From contig JAHRHZ010000042.1 in NCBI GenBank assembly GCA_024137785.1, positions 23,673,424 to 23,737,423 on the forward strand: a DNA stretch of 64,000 nt. Direction: 5' to 3'. The stretch's first letter is position 1, and each line of letters starts with the position of its first letter. This DNA is from Ginglymostoma cirratum. Taxonomy: Eukaryota. The notes beneath the pieces were generated by a model. It saw only the letters and a list, made by a program, of their open reading frames with translations. It did not search any database and was not told the DNA's origin. Below, in pieces: positions 1 through 11,975 of this stretch. The position numbers were made by a program, and so were the translations under genes.

Positions 1-1763
1 GACAGATGACTCTGCAAGTCCAAAGCAATGGCAAGAATGAAGTTCTGGAGGTCTAGATTATAGATGGCAAACAAAACTTACTTCTTATAGCTAAAGCAAG
101 TCTAAATCTAAATCTCAAAGTATAAAGAAAAGGTTTGCAATGTTTTGCATGACATTAAACCATTGGCCACAGAACAAATCTTAAAGGCATACAATGATGT
201 GTTAATGGGGTTAGGATGCATCCCAAGAGTCAAGACCAATTCAGCATCGAACAAGGAAAGCTCTAGCTCCCTCAATGTCAACTTGAAAGACAAGGTAAAA
301 GAGGTGGAATGAAAGGGAGTAATCAAGAAAATGACAATTCTTAAAGAGTGGATTAGCAACATGGTAGCAGTGAAACAAGCTGCAAAACTGCGAGTATGCA
401 TCAACCCAAAGGATCTGAATCAAACTCTGAAAATACCTCCATACTCTATACCAACCATTGATAGAAAATCACTGCAAACTTCACTACCCTGCATGCAAAG
501 GATAGTTACCGGCAAATGAGGCTGGATGAAACAGCAGTTTGCTAACTACATTCCGGACACCCTTTGAGAGATACAGTTGTTTCTACATGCCATTTGGTAT
601 ATCCACAGCTTCAAAGGAGTAATAACACAGACAACATGAGATAATTAGTGATCTCGTTAGAATGGAAGCTACAATGGATAAATAGCTCATGTATGGATTA
701 GCACAAACAATGGAAAAAAAGAAGTCATTGCTGATCAAGATGAAAATCTAGAGTGGCTCTCACCAGATGAACCTGATTTAAACACAAACACAATTTTAGT
801 TAAACATGTCAAAAGACAAATTCATGGACCAAGTAGTCACTGTAAATGTTCTTCACCTGGATCTTTAAAAAAGTGTCAAGCTATAGCAACAATGCACTCA
901 CCAACAAATATAAAAGCAATGCAATAATGTGTGGAACTTGTCAAATATTCAGCAAAATTCTTCCAAATCTATCATTGTAATGCAACTGTTAAGCTAACTC
1001 ATGGCCAAGAATACAGTCGAATTAAGATATGGCATAAGAGGCATCAGTTACCACAATCAAGCAACCTTAGGACTGTAATGCGATAGTGTAAATTATGATA
1101 TCACGCTGCAGTGTGATGCCAGTGAGATATGACTTGGAACAACTCTCATGCAACAAGAATAGCCAGATACATTTGAATCAAGAATATTTTCATAACGGAA
1201 TCAGCACTATGTTCAGATTCAGAAAGAGTGCCTGTCTTTGCTTGTGAGCATTTTCAACAGAACCCACGCGGAAGAGACAAAGTGACGGTTGAATGTGACC
1301 ACAAGCCTCTTCAAAGTACTTTCTTGAAGCTGATACAACCTGCTACAAGATTCTTTAAAGAATGTTGCTCAAGTTCAGAGATGCTATCTGATCATGACAG
1401 ACAAGCAAAGGAAGCTGTTCATTGCAGATATGCTGTCGAGAGCAGCACTCCTAATAGAGAAAGTATTGGATGCCATGACAGAGTGTAAAATCTTCCAGAC
1501 ACCATGTGAAGCAGCAGTTCAACATGCTCTGGAATTCATCAATTCATCAGAGACTCTAAATCTGTTAGATGAATGTCTTGCTCAAGTCAAGTGAATTACC
1601 AAACAAAATGCAACTCTTCAAGTGATGCAAGAGCTAGTGATGAAAGGATTGCTCAAAGCATGAAGGAAACATTTGATGCTATAACAGCATATTTCAAAAA
1701 CAGAGATAAATCAACAACCCAAGATAGCATATTTTACCAAGGAAACAGAGTCAATGTCCCAAA
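1..1763 (+). mobile_element. Degenerate Ty3/Gypsy LTR-retrotransposon pol fragment (protease end, RT, RNase H)
   Basis: Frameshifted motifs: RT KLRVCINPKDLNQTLK..YSIPTID (331-519), TTFRTPF and MPFGIS-like segments. RNase H LQCDAS..GTTLMQ, VFACEHFQQ..VTVECDHKPL and LFIADMLSRA. Many stops. Confidence 0.9.
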
Positions 1764-2650
1764 TAGTCCAATCAGGGCCAGAAACATTTTTCTTGGCACT
1801 GATTGGATTAAAACTTACTTACTTACCTTTAGATACTTTCTGTGCTGGAGATTCCTGGATAGGGACCCCATTATTATTAGGGGGTGTGTGAAGTGGTCGG
1901 ATGGCATCTGGGGAGGGGCTGTGGAGTGAAGTGTCTTGTCTGGCTGGATCAGGGCCTTACGTTGATCGCTGGAGGTCTTAGATTTCTTTTGGGTCAGTCT
2001 ACCAAAGAGGGAGGTGTAAGGGCTGGGGAAAATTACTGGTGTCAGATCTGGTGAGGGAGGGGTGAACTCACTGAAAGGAGATGTGTCAGTACCAGGACAC
2101 TGGTCAGGCTTGGCTGACAGGGTGGCAAAAGGTGTTAGGTCTGAGGGATCAAGTCGGTGGTTTGGAATGCCAGATTTGGATGGGGATGAAGGCAGATGGT
2201 TAAGGCCAGATCCAGGGAGATTAATCTGGTGGCAGGAGGTATTAGTTGTGGATGGAATTAGTCATTTCAGGTTGGGGCTGGTGGTGGTGGTAGTGTGCAA
2301 ATTGAGATGGTAGGGAGTAATTGAGGGTCTGAGAGTTGTTTGGAATTGGGGGAAGTGTAGTCAGAGGAGTCAGTGGTGAATCTGGGGTTTCAGCTTAATC
2401 ATTATCCAGGAATGAGATAAGGGTTTTGATCCTCTAACATTTCTTGGGTAAATTATCTCAGACGAACCTTGTAAATTCTCTGAATTTAATGGAATCTTTC
2501 AGAGGGTTCCAGACACAGGAGAACTGTCCATTGTAAGATTCAATTTCTTGGACAATTCTCATGGATGCAGCTGCATCAGAGACTTCACATGTTACTGACA
2601 TACAACTCCAGTCTAGACAGCTCCAACAAGTCTCTGCCCATTTGGATACC
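1764..2650. repeat. Unclassified G-rich interspersed repeat inserted into the Gypsy pol
   Basis: Interrupts pol at the RVIIPK motif. Flanks agagtcaatgtcccaaa (1747-1763) and agtgtcatcatcccaaa (2651-2667) match at 13/17. Shares segments (ggttttRatcct...tgggtaa...aattctctgaa) with the block at ~3660-4135. Confidence 0.55.
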
Positions 2651-3120
2651 AGTGTCATCATCCCAAAGGAGGTGAGAGGAGAAATGCTAAACTCATTTCG
2701 TGCAAGCCACCAAGAAATTTAAGTCAAGTGTGGGTGAGACAAGAGATGTGGTCTACTGGCCAATCATGAACAACAAAGTCAAGGACATCAGCTAAAGCAG
2801 TGCCTGTGTGATGACCAAACTCAACTGATGACACTGGGCACCTCAGAGAGACCATGAATGAAGCTGGTAGTAGATCTCTTCACTTCTGCAGGAACTGATT
2901 GCGGTGTTCCTCTAGACTTCTATTCTGACTACTGTGAGGTGGATGAGTTGACTTCAATGATAATCAATGAGATTGTCAAATGCTTCAAAGTGCACTTCAA
3001 CCATAATGGCATTCCCAACTTTATGTCGAATGATGATGGCCCTCAATTTGAGTAAAGAATTCTGCTTCTTCATAAAGGATTGCAAAATTCAACACCATAC
3101 ATCACCTCCACATTAACCCC
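2651..3120 (+). mobile_element. Continuation of the Gypsy element: integrase zinc finger and rve core (degenerate)
   Basis: VIIPK..EMLN..HQ, YWPIMNNKVKD, KLVVDLFT..LDFYSDYCEVDEL..HNGIPNFMSNDDGPQF. Confidence 0.85.
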
Positions 3121-3659
3121 AGTTATGATTGGAGCCTGTTTATCTAGTGTCTCAAATGGGCGAAGGAGCTGTTCAGTGCCACTCATTTTACTTTAGAAAC
3201 GGATGTGCCCCTTTCATTCTGGTTGATTTTTGCTCTATCTATTACGTGTTCAAGACATTCTTTTTAATATTCAGGGACTTTAAGATTATAACATTGAAGA
3301 AGTGTTGGATTAGGTTCCAGTTTTAGCTGTAGCATGTACAAAAAGAAAAATATCCAGGCAACTGGTTGCAGCTTGTTGTCTCATGTTGTTGTTAATGCAA
3401 ACGGAGGCCCCAAATGCTCTGACCTGGTTGGAGTCTCAAATTCTGACCCAGATTGAGCAAGATGTTGCCTATTTAGTTCAATGCAATTTTTCAGGCCTGA
3501 CTGCTGATGCAAGCTCCATTTCGACTCAGTGTGTAGCAATCCTTGCAGAGAGCAGCATGAAGATTTTTATTAGAAACCACACCACCTTTTTTTGACACCA
3601 GCTGATAAGAAACAAAGTCTAAAGGTCCACGGCTTCTTCAACAAGCAACAAAGCAAAGT

Positions 3660-4135
3660 TGTGTGTATGTGTGACAGGGAGGGCAGCAGATTGGCTGTTG
3701 AAGGGTTTAGGTGGCTTGTGTGGGGAGTAGGGTGCTTAGTGGAGGATAAGATAGGATGGAATTTGGTTGCGTGGGTAGCATGGGTGAGGAGATTAGAAAA
3801 TGTTGGCAGTAGGGCATAAGATTGGGTTGGGGTGCTGGGTATCAGGGGAAGGCAGGGTCAGGTACTAGCATGTTGCGAAGATGTTGGGGGTCATTTGAGT
3901 GACTGGGGTTGGGGTTTAGTGGAATAGTTATGTCAGAGTTAGTGCAGGTTTTAATCCTTTTATTTCTCCTGGGTAACTACCCATGAAGGTAATCCGGAAT
4001 TCTCTGAAAGTTTTGACTCTAACTTCCGGGGCCATTGCCCCATTGTCATTATGTTGGGACTTCCAAGAAGTCCTGTCTCACATCTTTCAGTCTCTGTCCC
4101 ATCTTCAGTTATCTGGAGATCACAAGATCTGGGTG
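3660..4135. repeat. Second copy of the unclassified G-rich repeat family seen at 1764-2650
   Basis: G-rich body followed by ggttttaatcctttatttctcctgggtaactacc...aattctctgaa, which aligns by eye with ~2420-2485. Confidence 0.45.
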
Positions 4136-7100
4136 TTTGTTTGTAACCTATGCCCAGTGTTGAATTGGTGATGTTAAATTCGAATGAGTTTGCGTTGTCC
4201 ACTGATCACATAAATATAGCTTTGACTGGGGTTGTCTAAGTAACACTCCTAATTTTGATGTTAGCACAACTGCAACTTCACCTACACTGTAAGGATTAAA
4301 AGTGAAGTTTATGAAAGCTCCTATATGTGGTTCTAAAATCTTAAAGGTTAAAGTGTATTGGCCACCAGTATGAAGTAGATACCAGGAAACGAAAGAACGT
4401 TTAGTGGTCTCAGTTCATTGTGTAAAATGGGCAGCTAATTTTGTTTTATCTTCAATCTGTAATTACACATTTAGGTTGATATCAATGCAAGACTGCTTAT
4501 GTGTGTGAATAGGCCAAAAGTATGAACAGTCGGAACCAGATTCACACATCATCCCATCAGTAAATATGTACTCCACTCCTGTCTTGAAGAAATGTTCCAT
4601 TTTATTTCGTACATATTTCAAAATTTATACACAATCGAGAGGTTTCATACATTAGCAGTAAGTACAATATAGCAGCCACAAAGTGGGAGATGGGGGAAGA
4701 AAAGAAAAATACATATATGTAGAAATTTCCTCAGCAGATCTTACCAAATGAGTGAAATGCAGTAAATCATCTTATAAATGTGCACTGGATCAAAGACTGT
4801 AGAGCATATGGAAGTATGTGACATCCATTTGTAGACAGGTTGCAATGAATTCTCATAGTACACTCAGTTTTTACTTCCCCATGGAAGGAACAGCACAACC
4901 ACCAAAAACAAGCCACTTAACACAAGTTTCCTAAGCGGTACGATGCACAGAAGCAGCCACTGAACATAGTCAGAATCACATCCTAGAAACTGAGTGCATT
5001 ATTAGAAAAATTAACATGTGCAACGTTACAGGAGTTGCTGGTGCACCTTGGCAAAGGGCCTATCTGTGAACTCTCCTTTGAACAAAGTAAGCCCATCCCT
5101 TGCAAAATGGCATGCACCCTACTAATGTAACTCGATTCACCCAATCATCCTGAGTTTTATAAAAAAAAGCAATTAAGAAAAGGAAAAGAAAAAAGTCCCA
5201 TCAGAAAATGACATATTTATTGTAAGGTTGGTTATTGTATGGCAATTACACTGCATCCTTATTAAAACATACACTAACGCGACTACAGTAATATTAACAG
5301 CAGTACACCTGTCACACAGAGGAGACAATTAAGCATTATTTTACAGAAGAGAGGCTTAATGTAGCATACTTCAGCAATCAGAAAACATTAGACTTTTTAA
5401 ATACATTACAAGAAGACTGTTTCGAATCTCAGTAAAAATTCCACTGTAGAACACAGGATTATTTTCTTAATTCTGTGCCCAATACAGAACTGTGATGACA
5501 TTGATATAATATACAAAATAGAACCACAATAGCAAATTTAGACCATCATATTGCGACACAATGGAATTTCCTTCAAAGACAATATCATAAAACACATCAG
5601 GTTTGAATTAGTTTAACCATAGTGACAATATGAATTGAATATTGAAAACTTAACTTCCTGACATTGTAATCTGACATGTCGGTGAGGTATCATTGGCGAT
5701 GGTAACACTGCAGATGATTGAAACCCAGGTTGAAGTAGCTGACATAATTGTCAATAGGACTTAAGAAATTGTCACAACATATTGTAATAATCAAAATGTG
5801 GTCTTCTAGCAGTTACGAAAGTCAGATACATTATGATTTAAGAACCCCTCATCTTAAATAATTAATAATCTTTTTACATTTATACACCTTTTTTTAAGGA
5901 AGAATTTCAGGTGGTAGATTTTTGCACATAAAGCATTTTTATTTAATCCTCTTCTAGCCTTTTATTGTCACACAATTTAAATTTGAATTTTTCAGTGTAC
6001 GAGCAAGCTAACGTATTTTATCATATATATATATTTAAAAATCTTGTCTATATTTTAACTTGCATGCAATTATAAAGGGTCAGCTTTGTGTTTAGATGGA
6101 TGATTAGTTATGAATATGCTGCTGCCGTAAATTTGCTTGTGAAGTTATAGAAAAAATTGTACACACTATATGGATTCTACTAGTCTGGGGAATCACTATC
6201 TAATGTCCACTGTGATCAAGCAGATTGGAGACATACAGCTGCTGTAATGTGTAGAGAGGTGAATACTGGAATGTGGATTGTTACTTTGCAGTAGTTAAGT
6301 TCATTTTATTGCTTTTCATTTCTAAATGATCAAAAGGGGCTTTTGCTGTCAGGTCATGTGCCTTGCGAAATGAGCAGTGGTAAACAAGGGGATATAAATT
6401 CTTGCTGCCCCATCCCCTAAATCTTTCAAACATTTAACACAGGGGAAATTGTAGAGCAAGGAGTTTATCGACTGGTAGGTACATGGCCCCCCCAGCATGT
6501 TGTATTTTGACTGGCACCAATATGGATCGCCAGCTGAATTCTTGTTGCAGGCTATTGCTGTGATTACAAAAACCTCAAAACAATCTTGATGCCAGAGTCA
6601 ATTTTACTTGTCACCTGCTGAAAGAACCAAACACTTCAATGGAAATTCAGGTAAGATTTAGGTAGTCCTATTCCGAAGCAAATCAGAATCCCCAGATTGT
6701 GTTATTTTTCTTCACTGTGTCTCTAGTCACAATATATCATTCACTGAATGTTTGGTGTTGTTAGGAGAAGGTAATCCTTTGTAATGTAGAAATAAAACCT
6801 TCGCCACACAAACAGAACATCTCCACCCTGCAAAAGCTGAATTGCAAGCGGAGCAACAAGCCATCAAGCCTGTTAATGTCACTGTTATCATTTCCATTAG
6901 AACAGCATAACTGTGTTAATAAACATTATGGGTGCAGTGGAGTTTTCATCAATTTCAGGGATAAGCAGAGAAATGCCATTTAAATATGTAGGTGTTGTTA
7001 CAGTGGGGAATCCAAGATTGATGCCTGAGCAATGAAGCCAAGCAAAAAAGCACTTAAAGTAGTCAAAAAACTGAAGGATCATATTACATGAGGATTTTCT

Positions 7101-9779
7101 AGCACAATAAAGCTGGAGAATAAATCATAGAATACTGGAAAAGCATTATCTGAAGGATGTTACCAATATAAAAGTAAATGTTAAAAAATAAATTCTGGTT
7201 ACTGTATGTTTTCTCTGCCTCATATCAAATGGCTGTTACTTTAAAGCATAGATGGGCAATCTCTGCAAGAAAATACTGTGCGGAATTTCCGTCTGTTGCT
7301 GCCTGATTTATGGCTAGAAACAGGGCAGCAGCAGAAATAAAGTCACACAGAGGATTTGCTGTAGTGACTTGCTGTAGGTTTTGATGGTCAGAGTTCACGA
7401 GAGGAACAGGCAGGGGCTCATTAATAAATAAGTCAGGCACAGATGAAGAAGTTAGGGCCCCAACACTATTTTTGTCTCTGCCATCATTGTCAGGCAGTTA
7501 CCTCGAGCAGCATTTACCAAGATATGGAGCTGCTGTAGAAGAAAGCTAGGAACCAGTCTGGCATATAGATGTTCTACACCTACACACTCTGGCCTCTTCC
7601 TTATCCCAACGCTTTCACACTGTGCTCTCCCAGGCCAAGACCAGCAAGCTCAGCTTCTTCGCTGGATTTGGTCCTTCCACCTCCACCGTTGCTGTGCACA
7701 CCTCACACCACAAATTGACAAGATGTCGGGACAGAGCAAAATTTATGCTAGAAACTGCCACTTCATTGTTAATGAGGCCTAGTCACAAAAACTGAAAGTT
7801 TCAGTCGGGTAAATAGGACGTTTAATGTAATGGACACAAAGATTGCCCCAGATTGTTAAGTAAGTTGATGACTATTTTTAAACATATCTGCTCACACAAA
7901 ATACAGATAAATCGCCTCATTATTTAATAGCACTAATAATATATCTGGAGCAATGTTTTTTTTTTCAAAAAATCCCAGTTGGAAAATTTTAAAATTTTAT
8001 TGTCATTGAATCTCCAATGTCGTTATTTTCCTTTGCCAGCCTTTTCAATCCTTCTGCATCTGTTTTCTCCTTTAGGTTTTAATTGACCGATATTTAATTG
8101 ACCCTTATTCCTTTTCCGAACTCTGCAGCTACATTTTTAAATTCAGTTCTTAATCATTTTGAAATCACTTTCAAAAGATAGGTACTTCATGTAGACCAGG
8201 CTACGCATTCCAGTAACTGGTTTAGTGTTGACATCTTTCATAGGCTTTTCTTCAGCAGGGTTAAATGCCTTGTTGGCAGCAATGGAGCAGACATGCCAAG
8301 ATGAGTCTTCTCATCTTTGGCAGCACAGCAACAGGGTTTAGGATATAAATGGGTATTGGGAATGAGGAAGTTTGGGGAGAATCAAAAATCTGTTGTATTA
8401 CTTGCATCTCCTGTAATGAGCAAAAGTGATGAATTAATAACACTGCTCAGTAGAAGCAAAAAATTAAAATTAGTAGGTATTTCTAAACCTTGGTACCTAT
8501 TTTGAACCAATTACCTACGTTGGTGGTCAAGAATGCAATCAAGCACAAATCAACATATTTACATGGTATGCTGAGCCATGTGATGTTCCTCAGTATAAGG
8601 AAGAATGCCTTCCTACAATTGAAAAATTGAATCATAAAATTTCTTGACAGAGATAGCTCATCAGTTGGAGCTATCTAAGCTTCCTGAGATAGCTTTCTGG
8701 CTATTCCACTGTAACGGTTAGCTTTGGAAATATTTACATGAATGGCTTGTCATGTGGAATCTCTAGACAACTATTTCTTTTTAAGAAAGAACACAACAGA
8801 GTTTAATAATCCCTGGGGAAGATTGTCCTCAGGTGTAGCATGTGGCGAAACCGTAAAAACGCTCTTGGGAAACTTGTTTTCAATTTCAGTGCATTTATGC
8901 AGAACTAATTTTCCCTGAACTGCCCCTTTACTCTCATGCTATTGTTTAAGCTGAAGACACGCAGAAGATTTCAAAACCATGTTCTGCTCCATTACAATGA
9001 ATTGTATTATAAAGTAGTACATTTGCTATTTTGGGGGTGCACTTTTCAGGTGAATAATATGACAATGAGTAGACTGCATTATTTAACAGGTAAAATTACA
9101 AATCAATAGACAGGAGAATATCTTCTCCCTAAAGTGCTAGGCTTGGCAGATCAATCCCTTTGAAAAGCTATGATATAATTTGTCAGCACAAACTGGGAAA
9201 ACTAGAAATGTACTCTACAGTCAATTCCAATTTATGCCAAAGTGAATCAATTCTGACACAAGGATCTGCCTTTTCCAATTAAACAGCTGCTGATCAGATA
9301 ACATCTAATTCGTCCATTAAACTATTTGCAACAGATAAATAACAGAGATTAAAATCAGTACTTGCAAATGAAGGAAACTTACAGATGTAATTCCTCAATG
9401 AACATGTTCCCTGGTTCCAAGTCAAAGTTATAGAACATGTTCAGCTGTACTAAAGGAAAATTATCATTATAAATAACTGAGAGTAATCAAATTTGTTGCA
9501 GAAATGTGATAAAATCTCACACTTGTGCATTCGGAGCAAACTGAACTGCTATAAATCAGATAGATATATTGACAGCCAGTGTAGAAGACCTAAGACACTG
9601 ACATCAACGTAAATCATAGGCTTGACATTCTACTGAGAGTTTGTGCAGAAAGTCCAATTCTTGACGCACTGCAAGCAAAATCACCACAACAGACAAGACA
9701 AAGTTATACAGAATACTAGATATATCTCTTACTGACTTTAACTAAGGCCACCTGATAGAATTCAAAAAAAGCATTAAAA

Positions 9780-9915
9780 GCCAAAAGAACTATGCCTGCA
9801 ATCAGAAACAAAAACAGAACCTGAAGGGTCACTGGACCCTGAACGTTATCTCTGATTTCTCTTCTCAAACGTTGGCACACTTGCTGAGCTTTTCCAACAA
9901 TTTCTGTTTTTGTTT
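9780..9915 (+). mobile_element. Penelope-like pseudo-LTR fragment with a decayed hammerhead core
   Basis: ctgaagggtcactggaccctgaacgtt...ttgctgagcttttccaacaatttctgtttttgttt. Same family as 44079-44227 and 54356-54456. Confidence 0.65.
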
Positions 9916-9925
9916 AAAAAGAAAA

Positions 9926-10555
9926 CATTCTTGGGATATTGGCATAGCTGATAAGACTACCACTCGTTTTCATCCTTAATTGCTCCATGAGAAAGTGGCG
10001 CTGTACTACTTTTTGAGCCGGTGCGGTCTACATGGTGCAGGTCCACCCACAGTGCAGCTGGAATGGAAGTTCCAAAGGAAGCCTTTTGATTTATTGATAG
10101 CAAAGGAACAACAATACTGTTCCACATCAGTGGCTTGACAGGGATGTCGCAGTTGGTGGTATTCCCATGCATCTTCTGCTCTTGATCTATTGAATGGAGG
10201 TGAAAGTTTAGGATGATGGATGGTTCATAGATCACTGTTTCCCCAGTGGCTTTGACCTGGATGCTCTGGAGCTTCTTGAGTAATATTGGAGCTGCACCCA
10301 TCCAGGCAAGTGGGCAGTATTCCATCACACTTCTGATTTGTGCCTTGGAGATGGAGGACAGACAGTGGGGAATTGGTTTACTTGTTACTGAATGCCCAGC
10401 TTCCGATCTGCTGTGGGACATTCAACAATGGTTTTGCCACTGAATGTTAAAGATAATGGTTGGATTATATCTTGCTGAGAATGATCAATGCCTGGCACTT
10501 AAGTGGTGTGAATGGTGCCTGCCAAATTGTAGCCCAAGCCTAACTGTTGTTCAGT
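9926..10555 (-). mobile_element. 3' fragment of a non-LTR retrotransposon (CR1/L2 group, RT C-terminus plus tail)
   Basis: ORF 9957-10421 contains KAQIRSVMEYCPLAWMGAAP..LKKLQSIQ, typical of the RT thumb region. The 3' tail gcaattaaggatg... is shared with the SINE at 53491-53856. Confidence 0.8.
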
Positions 10556-11571
10556 ACTTTCAGCTGCTGATCCTAAAAATTTAATGAGAACATCAGGGAT
10601 TATGTTACAATCTAAAATCACTAAAATTTTGAGGGGACAATATACGTCAGAGTGATCATTTCACTTCCTAATATCTTTCTTTCTCCTTTTGCTATTTTCA
10701 GTTTTTGCAATCGGTTATTGACTCCAGGAATACCTGTAACGACACAATGTCTATGTAACAAAAATCCCTGGCTATACGTAATGAACAATGAATACAAAAC
10801 AGCCAACTCATCAAGCGCCTCGCAAAACATGGCATAAATCTACAGAAGTTTGAACATACGAGGTTGAAGTTTGAATTATTCCTCATCATCAAGAGAAACA
10901 GAGCTAAAATTGGTCGTGTCTAACAATGTTAATTAGTCCAGGCAGTTTTATTCAAGTTGTGATAATGTAAATACTGTTTGCAGCTTATTGTATTGAATTG
11001 GTAAATAATGGGACAACATAATTCAAAGATGAAAGATTATGGTATAATGACAGGAGTTGTTCTTCAATAATCTACAATTGATGACTGGGAAATACAGCGT
11101 TCAAAATTCTATTCATTATAACGTTCAGCTGACACTATCTTGTGGAACAACACAATCTGTTAATCATGCTGTTGATGGATAGGAAAAAAAGGAAAGAAAT
11201 TAGTGAATTAGACTAACTGCCTTATGAAAGAGCTCCAGTAAACAGAAGCTTTGGAAGAGAGGAGTGGTTTGAAAGAATAGAATCCCACCAGTTGTTTGTA
11301 CAAAATACGATATTACAGCAGCTCTGCTTCTGGTGCAAAATTATGACTTTCGATTTGAAGGTTACCTCATGAGATCAGACCAGGCACACTATGAAGTTTC
11401 TACTGACAAAAAAATATTGATTCAAAAATACAAGAACAATTATATATATTCAGGTAATAACCAACACCAGAGTTTGTTTCAAAACAGTGATAAAGTTGAG
11501 GTATGTTGTTCATTCTATAATGCCATCTAAATCATGAACTGTGATGCTGCCAATAACATCCTTTAGATAAC

Positions 11572-11975
11572 GGCCATGATTTTACACAGAGTTGAGAGCC
11601 CCACACACCAATTAGAAAGTCAAGGAAAGACTGCCTTTGCAAGCCTGGACGCCATAATCTATACCTGATCTCCTTCAACTAATTGCCTATAGTAGTACCT
11701 GCCACTCCTCGGAGGCTGAATGTCCCACCTCTAATGGCCGCTGGCCAGCTGTTCAATCCAAGCAGCACAAACAAAGCTGTGGCTATTGTTGGTATTGCAA
11801 CAGTTCCCAGGCTGGCCACAAAGGAGGAGGTCTGGTGCGCAGGTAAGAGTGGTCGGGGCTCACCAGAGCCAAATTGTCAGGCATTGGCAAGGGCAGGGGC
11901 ACGGGCACAGTCTTCCAGTTGGGGGAGCTCTTCTTAGGCCACAATCCTGCCTGATTGGGGCGGAAATTTCCACCC
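11572..11975. mobile_element. Probable non-autonomous PIF/Harbinger-type DNA element (old)
   Basis: Imperfect termini ggccatgatttt...aaatttccaccc resemble the gggctgaatttt end at 21782. The body is GC-richer than its flanks. Confidence 0.35.

Noticed and set aside
8651-8694. 9-bp perfect hairpin AGATAGCTC/GAGCTATCT plus a third half-site
   Set aside because: Too short to distinguish from chance or a local micro-duplication.
10670-10837. + strand pyrimidine tract and acceptor followed by a short open frame
   Set aside because: No recognisable protein, no partner exons, and not an OPCML-like terminus.
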